Below are positions 25,171 through 39,850 of a DNA stretch of 64,000 nt, one piece after another. Position 1 is the stretch's first letter. Every line of letters begins with the position of its first letter. Origin of the DNA: the human T2T-CHM13v2.0 reference genome, Homo sapiens. The stretch lies in NCBI RefSeq assembly GCF_009914755.1, contig NC_060936.1; one strand, written 5' to 3'. A model generated the notes under the pieces. That model saw only the letters and a program-made list of their open reading frames with translations. It searched no databases and was not told where the DNA came from. The translations under genes and the position numbers were made by a program.

Positions 25171-26014
25171 TATTTAGTTCTATGTGTTCTTATCACATGT
25201 GCAGACTCCAGTGATCACAACCAGTCCATGCTGAGCTGCCTCGTCACAAAGGCCCTGGTGCTGACTTCTGTTCTGAACCTCACCCAGGACTCTTCTCCAC
25301 CGGGTAGGAAAATCGAGTCCCTGAGGACTTTGGCAAAGGTCAGGGGCAGCCACGACACAGCTCTGTGGCCAACCCAAGTGGACACCAAGGCCCTGGGGGT
25401 GACAAGGGGACATGGATGAGAACCCCCCCGCCTTCGGAGGCCATTCTCGAGGTCCCAGGAGAGGCCCCATGACAATGAGACAGCGGGCAGCTGGTGCGGG
25501 GGGCCTGGACGCCCGGGGAACTCCCCACTGGCTCCTGCTGGCCCAAGAGCGGAGGCCCTGAGCCAGTCACTGGCCCAGCATCCGGTGTCACTTACAAACA
25601 CAGGACGGCTGCCACCTTCTGCAGGAGAACTGGCCCTCCCGCGCCAGTCCCCAGGCCACACCAGGCACTGTGGGGGGTGCCTGGCCCAGGGCTGGCACGG
25701 AGGGGCTCAGGCTGAGTGGGAGACGGGGCAGAACAGGCAGGCATGGGGGGAGACCTGGGGATCCCAAACAAAGGCAGAGCCTGGGAAGCACCCACTCGAC
25801 CTACCTCCCATTATCTGGGCCCAGGTTTCTACAAAACATGAGAGCTCTCTGCAAAGAAGAAAAGAAAAATGGACGGAACTCGAACTTAAATCCAACCTTG
25901 TGGTTACAATTACGGAGGCCCACCCAGGCCAGCACTGTGCGGGCCCCTTCAGGCTTCTCTCAGGCTCTCCCGAGACACACCGGCAGGCTGCAGTGCTACC
26001 ACTGTGGTAAAGGA

Positions 26015-26585
26015 CAAGGAAACTGAGGCTCTGTGGGATTCCGGGACTTGCCCAAGGTCACACCATCCTTGAGGGGTCGAGCCAGGACTGGAACCTCAGT
26101 CCGGCCACTACAACTTCATAAATACCATCGCCCTGAGATGCTGAAATCCCAGGGGCCCCCCCACCCTCAGACCAGGTGCCGGTATTGTCAGCATCGAGAA
26201 AACAAAGTGCCAGTGAATTATCAACTGTGAGCCTATTATGAGCTAGAAGGCAGGTTTCATTCACTCCCTTAAGCCATACAGCCTATGAGGTGGGGAAAGA
26301 TGCAACTTCCATTTGCCAGATGGGAAAACTGAGGCTCAGAGACAGTAAGTGACTTGCCCAAGGTCACACAGCCAGGAAGTGTCCAACCAGGACAGGAACC
26401 CAGGCAGTCTGCCCCGCGTTCCCCCTAAAACTGCAGCTCCTTCTCCCGTCAGTCCCATGCTTGTGTAGACCCCACTGTGCCCCATTTTACAGACGAGGAA
26501 ACTGAGGTCTGCAAAGGGGAGGCAACACGCCCAAGGTCACACAGCATAGAGAGGACGGAGCCAGGACTCAAACCCAGGTCTGTGG
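26015..26585. mobile_element. Cluster of three MIR copies
   Basis: Three repeats of gaaactgagg...cccaaggtcacac. Confidence 0.8.
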
Positions 26586-26679
26586 CAAAGGAGCAACATT
26601 GCCTGGAAGCCCAGCCCCCTCCCTTCCCCAGCCTGGGCTCAGAGGTCCCCAGGAGCCATTCCCGCCACCTCCCTATGGC

Positions 26680-28320
26680 CGCGGCGCACCCAGACCTCAG
26701 GACAAATCACTCCCTCATCCCCCCGGTTTGCAACTAAAGGCTCCTTGTGAGCTCGGGAAGCCCTTCCAACTTTCCAGTGTTTATCCCGGCTCCTCGCTGC
26801 CAAGTCCCTGGGCAAGCCTGGGCCGGTGGCGCTGATTTCAAACCAGACATGGGCACCGAGCCAAGCGCCACCTCGGTGGGGAGCCGGGCGCCGGGGCCGG
26901 GCTGCAGCGCTGCCTGCACCTGGCTCTCCCCTGCCTGAGCCCACCGCGGAGCCCCAGGGCAGAGCCTCGGGAGCGCCCACGATCACATGCCCTCCTGAAG
27001 TCAACTCCGGGAACAGAAGCCCCCTGAGCCCCCAAGGCTCGCCATGCTCCCCCCCAGGGACGCCGGATGTGCACCAAGGAGAGGAGCACAGTGCCCACCC
27101 GGGTCCCCTCCCACGCGGGCCGGCCAAGAAGCCTCACCCCGGCCTGCCCGGCCAGCGCCTCCGAGCGCTCTTTTCCGTGACTGCAGCAACTTCGTCCGAT
27201 GAGACAGCCCTGCCCACCATCCCGCTGAGCTCAGGGCCGACAACACTGCGCTGCCAGGGGAGGGTCCAGCTGCCCCCATTGGCTGACCTGCGGCCGGCCA
27301 CTCAGCCCCCAGCCCTGGCCACCACCTCCAGCGACAGAACTGGGGCTCTTTCCAGATGAATTCCTCGGCCCCCAATCAGCGCCCCTGCATAGAGCCTGCA
27401 GGCCACAGCCCCCCACCCCAGTCTGCGCCCACCTCCCCCGGCCGGGGTGACCCAGCCACACTGCACCTCCCTGCCCACTCCAAGCCCGGCGACTTCTCTT
27501 ACCCGAGCACATGACCAACCTCGCTCACGTCAGCTCCAAACACAACTTGAAGTAACTCTCTCACAAGAAAAAAAAAGAAAAAGAAAAAAAGTGCCAGCCA
27601 GCGGGCCAGCAGAGTCCACACACACAGGCTGTGCTGCCGGCTTCCAGGAGGCACACCACAGCCAACATCAGACCCATCCTTCCTCCAGGATGACACCCGC
27701 AGAGGGGCGGCCCCAGAGGGCGGCCTCACCTTCCCGCGAGACTACGACTCCCATCCCGGCCCTGGAGGCCCTGCAGGGCCAGGCCAGGCCCCCCAGGCTC
27801 CCAGCCCGATGCCCCCCAAACCCGGGCAGGCCAAGGCCCACCGGCGACAAGTGCGGGGCCGCCTGACCCCACGGCTGGGCCGTGAACGAGACGTCGGGCC
27901 TCCAGCGATCCGTTCTCGCCTCTGCCACTCTGGGCCTATAAACACAGGGAATTACATAAGTCCACTCCTCTTGTTTGGAAGCCAAAAGTACGAGCTTTTT
28001 CTCCCAGCCTTGGCAGTAAGTAATAATTCCTCATCGCCATGGTAACCCTGGCGGGCTTCCAGCCGACACTCGGGAGCTGAAACACTGTGAGGCCTTTTTA
28101 TAGCTCGGCTCTTCGCTCGCTGGCAGGCGAAAGAGAGCTCCAGCCCCGCTTCTCCCACTTTAACCCGCTTCCTCCCAGCCCGGACTGTCCAGCTTCGAGC
28201 CGCACCTGCACCTCCAACCTGAGCGTAGCTCTGGCGCCTTGGCTCCGGCCTGGTTCCGAACCCAGGCCTCGGCCCATCCCTCCCCCGTCCTCTGTCCCGA
28301 GGGCCAGATGGCCAGAGGAG
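26680..28320. promoter_or_regulatory. Intragenic CpG island / candidate alternative NCOR2 promoter
   Basis: Visibly CpG-dense and GC-rich; minus-strand TATAAAAA 28095-28102, RFX-like ATCGCCATGGTAAC 28033-28046, D-box TTATGTAA 27952-27959, TGACGTGA 27525-27532, minus-strand donor CGG|gtaaga at 27503/27502. Confidence 0.7.
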
Positions 28321-28452
28321 CAGGCTCTCCCTTGCAAATATTTCTGTCCTCCTTTTAATCCTAGGAAAAGAAAGCGTGACCCCCTCACACTGGCATTCTG
28401 ATCTGGGGTCATCTCGGTGACAGGCCTAGAAAAGAAGACGTGGCCAAATAAT

Positions 28453-28457
28453 ACACA

Positions 28458-28507
<50 letters not shown>
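28453..28507. repeat. (CA)n microsatellite
   Basis: About 27 units with one TA interruption. Confidence 0.95.
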
Positions 28508-28509
<2 letters not shown>

Positions 28510-30769
28510 CCAACAATGATGGCTTGGTAGTCAGCCAGGAGTCTGAACCTTGGCTGCAATTAGCTGTGTGACTCAGAGACAAGTCTGAGCTTCTCTGGGT
28601 GTCAACTTTCCATCCGTAGAAGGGGCAGGCTGAGCTCTGCTTCTCCAAGTGCTCTGGAAAGCAGAGATGAGGCGCCAGAGGAAGCTGCTGGAGCTCCCAG
28701 GAGGCAGAGGAGGCTCCACCAGGGTCTCCAGATTCACTTCCCTGCCCCTAGCAGCCAAGAGTTGGGCCTAAGAATGTGTCCCTGGACAGCAGCCCACATG
28801 ATGACAAGGGTCTGGGGGTGCAGATGTGAGGAAGGCACCCCTGGCAGAAGCATGGCAGATGTGAAGGTCTGGAGGCTGGACCACGCGGGTGTGTTGTCAA
28901 AGCAGAGAGAAGGCTGGTGTGGCCGGGGCGCAGGGGCGAGGCGGGGAGAGTTTGACGATGAGGTCAGGGAGCTAATAGGAGTGGAGGGGAAGTGGTCAGA
29001 TGGACTCTGGGCCTGGCCTTCAACTCCAGCAATAACATTGTCATCCTTTTTACTCTCAGGAGCATCTTGAGAGTAATAATATTAATAACAATAACAGTGG
29101 CCACACACACCGAGCCCAGCAGCTCGGACTGTGTGCCCAGCACTGTGCTAAGCGGGTCCCCTGGTTCACCAGCTGGCCTCACACCACCGCAGCATAGGCA
29201 GGTATGCCCCTGAGCCGCCACACACAGACAGAGCAGGAGGCTGGCCCAGAGAGGGTAGGTGACTTGCCCAAGGTCAACAGCTAGTGGCTGAGCTGGGACT
29301 TGAACTGGGCAAGCCTGGCTTGTCTCCGCTATCCACGTGGTAATTCAGCCACAAGGAGTCACAGGAGGGTTTCAGGACTAAGACCAGATTTGCCTGTGAC
29401 AGGGGCCCGTGGCCACTGGACTGGCAGGGGGCCCAGACTGGCCACGAGGGGATGAGCATAGTGGCTGCGGAGGCCCCTGGAAGCCAGATGTCTCCTGTGA
29501 ACAGCTGGCCCTCTAGCCTTCCCCAGGAAACACCCCTGGGGGGTTTCCGTAGACCTGCCCCAAAGCCAAAGGTGGGATTCTGCTACTCTTACGCCTTCTT
29601 TTATAGGTAGGGAAACTGAGGCACAGGAAGGCACGGGCATATTTTTAGCCCAAAGATCCAGCACCATCTTCCCGCCCAGACCGTCGCCAAGACCAGGCGG
29701 GACCATGACACCCAGGCCAAACTGGCCCCATGCAAACACCACCAGGAAGCGGTGCCTGAGAGCGGCCGAGTCAGGCCTCACCACCTCCTTCTGTTCATTT
29801 TTGTTTGTTTTGGACACAGACCTGCATCCAGACCTTCGCCAAAGGCTGGCCCTGGAATCCACGGTAACTCCTCCCACCCCCTCAGAGCGACTGTGTGCTA
29901 TGGGCAGGTTTGACACTGGGCATGTCTCTTCACGGCCACTCGTTCTGCTTCCTGTGTCTTCCCCGCCAGACACTCCGCAGCAAATTGTTTGTTGAGTGAC
30001 TTAATGAAGACCACAAATCATCAAACACCAGAAACAGCCACAGGCAGCAGCCCCCAGACAGAGCCTGTGGCCAAAACCAAACTCATATTCAGAATAAGCC
30101 AGTGTCTGGTTATCTGCTCAGCAAAAGAACTCCCCATCACGCAAGCCTTCGACGGCGACCACCCCTCCATATTTCGAAAAAGCATCCCCTGGCCAAAATC
30201 TGCCGACAGGCCGCTTCCTGGAGCCCGTCTGCTGAGCAGAGCTTTGACGGTGGGAAAGATCGGTGAAGACCCCCCAGAATATGATTCACCGCAGGCCACA
30301 GGGGCCAGGACGGTGGGCCAAAGGGGGTCTGGAAAGGGACAGGGGGACCTTAAGCTGAGTGGCCCCAGGCAAGGCCCCCAGCCTCTCGAGGCATCAGAAG
30401 GCTCAGCTGGCGAATGGGGGAGCTCCTGCCTGCTGCCTCTCTCGCAACCCAGGTCAACAGAAACTACATGTGTGGGGCCCAGGGGGGAGGTGGGGGCCAG
30501 AACTCTGAGGACCAGATCCAGACCCACAGCCGCAGCTACGGTTCAGCATCCGGCTCCAGCTGGAAGAGACCCCCACTCACTTCCTCCCCACACACTGCTG
30601 CTTCCTGGCCAGGCACAGATACGAGTGGAGCAGGGTGGGGGCAGGAGAAAGAGACAGCACCGTGAGCCAGACACGTCTGGCTATCTGCACCTCCTCAATC
30701 CCGGGCCCCAGGGCTCCGTGACCTGGGCAGCCTCAGTTTCCTCATCTGAAAAGCCACTTAGATATCAAA

Positions 30770-31152
30770 TGGTTCTATTGATGTATGCCACACAATGGAA
30801 TTCCGCCATATAAAGGAATGAAGGACTCACACCATTCAACACGGATCAACCTCAAACACATTGTGCGGAGTGAAAGAAGCCAAAACCCACAGTGCACGAT
30901 TCCGTCCAGGAGAAATACCCAAAATAGGTAAGTCCACAGAGGCAGAAGGCAGATTGGTAGCTGCCAGGGGCTGCGGGAGGCGGCAACGTGGAGTGACCCC
31001 ACCGGTACAGGGTTCCTTTTGGGGTGATGAGGACATTTTTTGGATAGAAGGGGTGGGTGCTCAACATTGTGATTGTACTAAGAACTCATGAACTGTTCAT
31101 GTTAAAATGGTAAATTATATGTGATGTGAATTTCACCTCAACTGAAAATAAA
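30770..31152 (+). mobile_element. L1M 3' fragment
   Basis: acaatggaattccgccatataaaggaatgaa, gtgaaagaagcc, gtgaatttcacctcaa. Confidence 0.8.
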
Positions 31153-31154
31153 TA

Positions 31155-31417
31155 GGCCGGGCGCAGTGGATCGCTTGAGGCCAGGAGCTCAAGACCAGCC
31201 TGGCTATCATGGCAAAACCCCATCTCTACTAAAAATACAAAATTCAGTCAGGTGTGGTGGCGCATACCCGTAATTCCAGCTACTCAGGAGGCTGAGGTAA
31301 GAGAATTGCTTGAACCAGGAGGCAGAGGCTGCAGTGAGCCAAGATCATGCCACTGCACTCCAGCCTGGGCAACAGAGCAAGGCCGCATCTCAAATAAACA
31401 AATAAATAAACAAAAAG
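31155..31417 (+). mobile_element. Alu with left-arm deletion
   Basis: ggccgggcgcagtgg joined directly to atcgcttgagg; A-rich tail. Confidence 0.9.
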
Positions 31418-31653
31418 ATGGTGTTGCTGAATGCACACCACTCCAGCCCAGTTTACCGACTTCCTGAAAGCTGGGTCCAACTCCCAGCAGGTAGGAGTTC
31501 CTCACCCAGGCCTGGAGCTATCAGACATTCGAGAAGCATCTGCTGAGCCCCTACTGTATGTGCTGAGCACTGGAAATATGGCAGTGAACAAGACAAAATT
31601 ACATTTTACATTTTAATTTTAAAATACATGAGTGATTAAAATAAAGTTCACAA

Positions 31654-32050
31654 CTGTATTCGTTTCCTGTGGCTGCTATAACAAATTATTACAAATTGGG
31701 TGGCTGAAACCAGCGACCTATCCTCTCACAGTTCTGGAGGCCAGAAATCCAAGCTCAAGGTGTCACCAGGGCCACACACCCTCCAAAGACTCTGCAGGGG
31801 GAGCCTTCTCTGTGTCTTCCAGTTCCCAGTGGCTCCTGGCGTTCCTTCCGTCTTCACGTGGACTTCTCTGCTGTGTGTCTTCTCTTAGAACACTTGTCAT
31901 TGGATTTAGGGCCCATCCTATTCCAGGATGATCCCATCTTGAGACCCTTACCTTAGTGACATCTGCGAAGACCTGTGGTCCAAATAAGGCCAAGGTCATA
32001 TTCACAGTTTCCAAGTGTACCTATGTTTCATGGGCCATGACTCAACCCAC
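31654..32050. mobile_element. MLT1 LTR
   Basis: tgtattcgtttcctgtggctgctataacaaatta...ctcacagttctggaggccagaaatcc...gtcattggatttagggccc. Confidence 0.85.
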
Positions 32051-32919
32051 CACCAAAGCCAAGACCTCAAAGTGGCAGCAGTCGCATGCCCGGAAACACC
32101 TTTGGTGCCCCTTTCCTTTCCCGCTAGTTCCAGAAAACTGGCTGGAAGCTGCAGAGGAGAGCTCCAGGGATCTCCGGGATGGCCCCAGGGCCCCCCTATA
32201 GCCGACAGAGCTGGAAACAGACCTGAGAGGTCCCACAGCCACCCTCTCCGGCCTGAGCCTGCTAAAAACTGGCCCCAAGGAACCCAAATCCCCTTCCCTG
32301 TGGCAGGCATCCATGAGCCAGCCACTCGTGGGCAGCTTGAGGAAAGGGGCCTGCCTCCTGGATGGGGAGGCCAGACACAGGCCATCACCTCTGCCCCTAA
32401 ATAAAGACACTCCCCAGACCAAAATGCATCCTATTTCCCCATCCAGGCCCGGGATTCTTCTCCACAAAAGCATCAAAATGAAGCCCTGACCACGTTGGCT
32501 AAGGGAAGCCAACGGTACTCCAGGGCTGTTTTTCTGCATGTTGTTTTTATTTTTAAAAGGGGCCGCCCCCACCCACAGCAGCTGTGAGCTGGCAGCTGGC
32601 AGAGTTAATTGCTCACTCAAGACTCACTTCCAACTGCAGCACCATCCGGCACGCCAGAATACCATGGGCACCCAGCAACTGGCAAGGACGGCTGGGGGCA
32701 GGGGGCAGGTGGCTGCCTGTTCTGGGGCTCCTGGGAACCCACACCCCGGTGGCAGGGGCAGCGGCAGAGGAAAGAGGAGTGCCCAGGAATGCTCCACGCC
32801 AGCCAGCTGGATCCCAGGGACCTAACCCGGGAAGGACACATCACGCCGGCCAGCATCACCCAAGCTCTCAGTGTGCCAGGGTCAGTGGGCTTCACGCGGC
32901 CTCCACTGTGCCTTACAAC

Positions 32920-33120
32920 CGGCGTGTCCAGTCTTTTGGCTTCACTGGGCCACACTAAAAGAACTGTCTCGGATCACACATAACACTAACACTAACCATA
33001 GCTGATGAACTAAAAAAAAAAAAAAACAAAAAACCGAAAAACAATCTGTTTTAAGAAAGTTTACAAATTTGTGTTGGGCTGCATTTAAAACCGTCCTGAG
33101 CCGCAGGTTGGACAAGCTTG
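32920..33120. mobile_element. MER30 hAT MITE
   Basis: tgtccagtcttttggcttc...tagctgatgaactaaaaa...gttggacaagcttg. Confidence 0.8.
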
Positions 33121-36100
33121 CCTTACAACAATCCTATGGGGTGCTGTCATACCCATTCCATTAATACATACTGGGAAACTGAGGCAGAGAGCAGTGAAGT
33201 GACTTGCCCAAGGGGACGGGGCTGGGAAGTGGCAATGTCGGTTTTGAACTCAGCAAGTGTGAAACCCGCATCTACGACACTAACCACTAGACTATACTGT
33301 CTCCAAGAATGTCAGGCCCCACTGGAGACATGGTATTGTTCTCTGAGAAACTGCTGTGGCCGTGGGCCTTGACTTTCAGAAATGGCATCTCCAATGGTGT
33401 CAGACGTGACTTCCCAAGACTTGAGACCTTCTGGAACAGCCCATGGGACATTCTACCCAGATCACAGTGGGGACAAAATACTTTAAAAGTCACTGCTAAG
33501 AAGAGGCTATAAAATGGTGACAGCCAGTTGTGGCCATGAAGAAAACTTGTTCTGGCCCATTCAATGTTTTTTAAAAACTAGGCCATTCCTTATAAAATCC
33601 AGATTTCCAGCTTCTCTTGGAAAACCATCAGAATACCCAGCATGCCAGTTAGCCACAATCCCCACTCCTCCCCTTTGACCTGCACTGACTCACTCACTCC
33701 TTTCCTCCCTGTGTCTGAGTTTGGGACATCCCCTTATCCCTTCTTTGGCCACCTCCTCTTGCTGTTGCAAACAGTGAAACAAATGTCGAGGACCTCACTC
33801 AAACAAGAGAAAGGAGTGTCCCTCCTGGGATGCCAGGTGACTCTCCTTCTCCTTGGCTGGCTGGGCTGGGCTGGTGGCATGAGCCTGTCTGAGAACAAGG
33901 CCCGCATGGAAGGAGGCACAGCTGAGGCAAAGCCAGCTCCCAGAGGCATTGTTTGAGCACCTAGATCCAGCCGTGCCTGAACGTGTCCTACCCTGGCCAC
34001 TCTGAGGACCCATCAACTCCCCGTCATAGCCTAACTCGGCTCGAGTGTGTCTCTGCCACAACTCAGGAGCCCTAACTAACTGCCCCTAACTAATCACCCC
34101 CAGGTCTCCCCTTGAATGACTCGTCCCTGGACGCCTGGCCTGATGGAAGACTAATTCAGCTCTTGCCTCACCCAGGTGAATGCCTGAACCTCGTCCTCAC
34201 AACCCTCACCACCCGCGATAGCACTTGCTTGTTTAACTGACACTCCCCCTCTGGATACTAAACTCGAAGGCACAGGCAATGTCCAACTTCTCCACCATTC
34301 TCATCCCAGTGACGTACATGAGTCCGGAACATGCCACGTGCCCAATACATGTAAATTAAAACCATGTAAATACATGGAAATTAACTATGGAGCAAAAGAA
34401 CAAAAGGGAAAGGCAAAAGTCATTAAATTTGACTTCTGCCTTAAATGTGAAAAACAGCCCAGCCCTGGAGGTCTGCAGGACAGTCTCAGATCCAGGAAAG
34501 CCCTCCTGGGGCCCCCCTGCTCTGCTCCAGCCATTACAGAGTGGGAAACTGAGGCACAGAACCCCAATCAGCATGCCTGAAACATGGTGGCCGGAGGGCC
34601 TTCGCGCCTGCTGTTCCCTCATCCCCCTTCCTTTCACATAGTGGGTGCCTCCTTATTGTCCAGGGCCCAGCTCAGATGCCACCTCCTCAGAAGCTACCCT
34701 GGAATTCTTACCTAAAATGAGTCCCCCGAAACTGAAGTCATCCCTACCTCCCCACCCTGTATTATTTCACAGGCAGCATTTTCTTGCCTTGCAAAATCGT
34801 GTTTGTTTTTTGGCACTGCCCATCTCCCCATCAGCCTGTGTGATCCATAAGGCAAAGCGCCGCATCTTGTTTGCTGTTTGCCATCCCCTCAACCAGGAGG
34901 AGGCCGTGGGGACACCAATCTGGCTGCAGGGAGGCAGGAAGCAGATGTCCCACGTCCTGACCATCCCACACTGCCCAGAGCAGCTGCTGCGTGCCTGAGG
35001 GCCCTACGTGGCACATGGAGGCTGTCCCACAGCTGGCATGGCCCTGCCAAGAGATCCAGGCTGGCTGCGGCAGTGATCGGCGTACCCACGGGGCAGAGGG
35101 AGGGCTGCAGGTGGCACCTGCACCATCCACACGATGAAAAGCAGCTGCCGTGGAGTCAGGCGTTCTGGGTTCACATCCTAGCTCTGCCAACTGGGCGACC
35201 TTGGACAAGTCCCCTAACCTCTCTCTGCCCTCAATCCCCTTAACTAGAAAACAGGGCTGATCATAATAGCACCTACCTTCTAAGGCTGCTGCAAAGAGTA
35301 CATGCGTGTATGTATGGGGTGCACGTTAGAAATTGTAGTTAATGTTAATAATAATAATACTGGCAACTCACACACAGCACTGAGGCAAGAAAAGGATCAG
35401 GAAATGTTAGCTTTTATGGTAAATATGGTATTTGCTCTGTGCCAGGTCCTGTTTGAAGCATGTACACACATTAGTCCCTCCAAGATGGGCTTATGATTAT
35501 TCAATGTGAGTGTTCCAGCTCCTCCAGGCAGCCTCCTTGGATTGCTCCAACCCCCAGGAACACCATGGACACACACAATTCTTCATGTGGGTCTTTCCTC
35601 AACTCCTCTCTCCACCCCAGGTGACAGTGAGGGGCAGGGAGAGCCCCAAACCCCGCAAGCCTGAAGTCAGCACCAGGGGAATGTGTGAACCCCCACTCCC
35701 ATCCAAGCCACGGCCCAGCAACGCAGGCCCTGTCCGGCTGCACAAGTACACCCTGTAAAGTAAAGGGTGTTCCCTCCCTGGGCCCCCAGTAGAGGCCCAG
35801 ACATCCCAAGGGTTCAGGCCCCACTGCCTCGTACAGGACCTGGAGTCTGGAGATATGGAGAGGCACCATGGAGGGAACAGGTGTGGGCTGTGGCTGGGCA
35901 CCCTGGAGCTGCATGGACAGCGAACGAGGACAAGACTGCCCCCAGCCACCCCCATCCTCTGTCCATGCCCAGCACATGCTCAGGTCCTGAGGAGAAACCA
36001 CGAGGTGGGGCAGCTGGTCTCCTCTCCCCCGCGGACAGACAGGACGCTAACCAATCAGCCACAGCAAGAACCCCAGCAAAGCCAGCCTGGGGTGCACACA

Positions 36101-36451
36101 GCTCCCTGCGCTTCTCGGAGAGGACAGGCAGCCCCTTCCACGTCAGGCACATGAGGTGGCCCCCGCTCCCCAAACCAAACAGTAAGAAGCAGCTAGAATC
36201 CCAGCTTCACCACCTCCCAGCTGTGTGGTCTCACTCATGCTCCTCCACCTCCCTGAGCCTCAGTTTCTCCAACTGTACAATGGGTCTAAGGACCATTATC
36301 TCAGGCAGGACAGAGAGTCCCCCAAGAGCCAGCCAATCAGGGCCGCTGAAAGAGAAAGAGAAGATCTGGAAAGAAGCTATTTTAATTTCAGCAAATGGGC
36401 TTGCTTTGTCCTTAGTGAAACATGATTTTATTTTACAGTTCAGAATGGCAT

Positions 36452-37473
<1,022 letters not shown>

Positions 37474-38263
37474 GCAGACTGGGTAAATAACCCTCCAGGG
37501 ACCCCACCACCACCTCCACCACCAAGGCTCTCTGGAAGCCCCTACAGCAGCGCCTCCCCGCCTCCTCCCTCCAGCTGGGGTGGGGATGACTATGAGACGG
37601 AAGGAGACACATGTCAGAGCCGAAGATTAAAAACAAGTACAATGACCGGGCAGGCATCCATCCACAATGATGAATCTGATGTAATTAGGCACCCCGCTGA
37701 CTTCATTACTTATTTATTTACGGGATTGCTTATTTAATTTACAGGCCTCCTTCCCCGAAAAGTCATCTTAGCTGACACCCCTCAGGCAAGGAAAAAGGAG
37801 AAGGAGGCCCCCTCTTCCATCCCAGCCCATTCCTGGGCTTCCATATGCCATGCTCCTCCCTTGCCCCAAAATAGCTCCCCGGAAGGCAGGTGTGGTTTTG
37901 CCCAAGACAACAGGATTGAACAAGGAAGACCCTTGGCAGAACCAACGCCTGACATTCACTCAACAGTGCTCAGTGCCAAAGGACAGTGCTTGATCCGGAA
38001 GGCACAGCGTCTCCTCCACACCCTCATCTCTCCAGCAGAGGAAACCCTAGGAAAAAGGTGGTCCTGGCCCCAACCAGCCACCAATTCTTGGCATGACCCT
38101 CTGGACTGGCAAACACATCACTGCAACAAACGGAGCTGGCACCTCCTAGCCTGAAGGAGGAGAAAGGGCACACAACTCAGAGTCATGAGTTTCATTTCTT
38201 ATCGGAATGGAAGTCACCTGACCTGTCAGAGCCTCAGTTTCCTCATCTGTAAGATGAGTGTTA

Positions 38264-38969
<706 letters not shown>

Positions 38970-39164
38970 TCAGTCAGCAGCATAAAGACTAGAAAGGAAA
39001 ACACAGAGCTAGCGTTGGCAGACACGAGATTATCTCCCACCATCCTTTAGACTCCCACCAGCTGGCCAGACACATAAAATCAAAACACAGAACCACAGCT
39101 TTGCCCAAAAGGCAGCAAAAGCTGAAAAATGTAATCGCATGTGCATTAGGGTCTCCTGGAACGG

Positions 39165-39850
39165 CTAACATTAAAAGATTGACAGTAGCAAGTGCTGACA
39201 AGGATGGGGAGCAACTGGAACTCTCATCCACTGCAGGTGGGCATGCAAAATGGGACAGCCACTTTAGAAAACAGCTGGTGGTTTCTTATAAACTAAAATA
39301 ACACATTTACCATGTGACCTAGCAACCCAATGCCTAGATATTCACATAAGAAAAAAGAAAACATGTTCACACAAAGACTTACACAAGAATGTTCAGAGCA
39401 GCTTTATTCCCAATAGCCAAAAACTGGAAACTTTGATGTCCATCAACTGATGAATGGATAAACTGTAATATATCCACAGAATGAAATACTACTTAGCCAT
39501 GAGAAAGAATGAATTGATACATGAGCAACATGGGTTATGCAGAGTGAAAGAAGCCAGACACAACAAAGTATAGTATATAATAAAATGATAATTTTATTAT
39601 AAAATTCTAGAAGAGTTAAAAGCTTCTATAACAGCAGATCAGTGGGTACCTCTAGTCGGGGGTGGGGGGTGGAGGTGGGTGCTAGAGATTTAGTGCCAAG
39701 GGACTGGTGGGGATTTGGGGGGAACAGAAACACTTTATTCTGATTGTGGAGGTGATGCAAATGTTTACATTTGTCAAAACACATGCAATTGAACCCTTAA
39801 AATGGGTGCATCATTATAGGTTAATTACATCTCAATGAAGATGATCTTAA
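39165..39850 (+). mobile_element. L1M (L1MC/ME-like) fragment
   Basis: gtgctgacaaggatggggagcaactggaactctc, catttaccatgtgacctagcaa, gatgtccatcaactgatgaatggataaac. Confidence 0.85.

Noticed and set aside
28741-28760. CTCF motif
   Set aside because: One base short of the core consensus; not supportable by eye.
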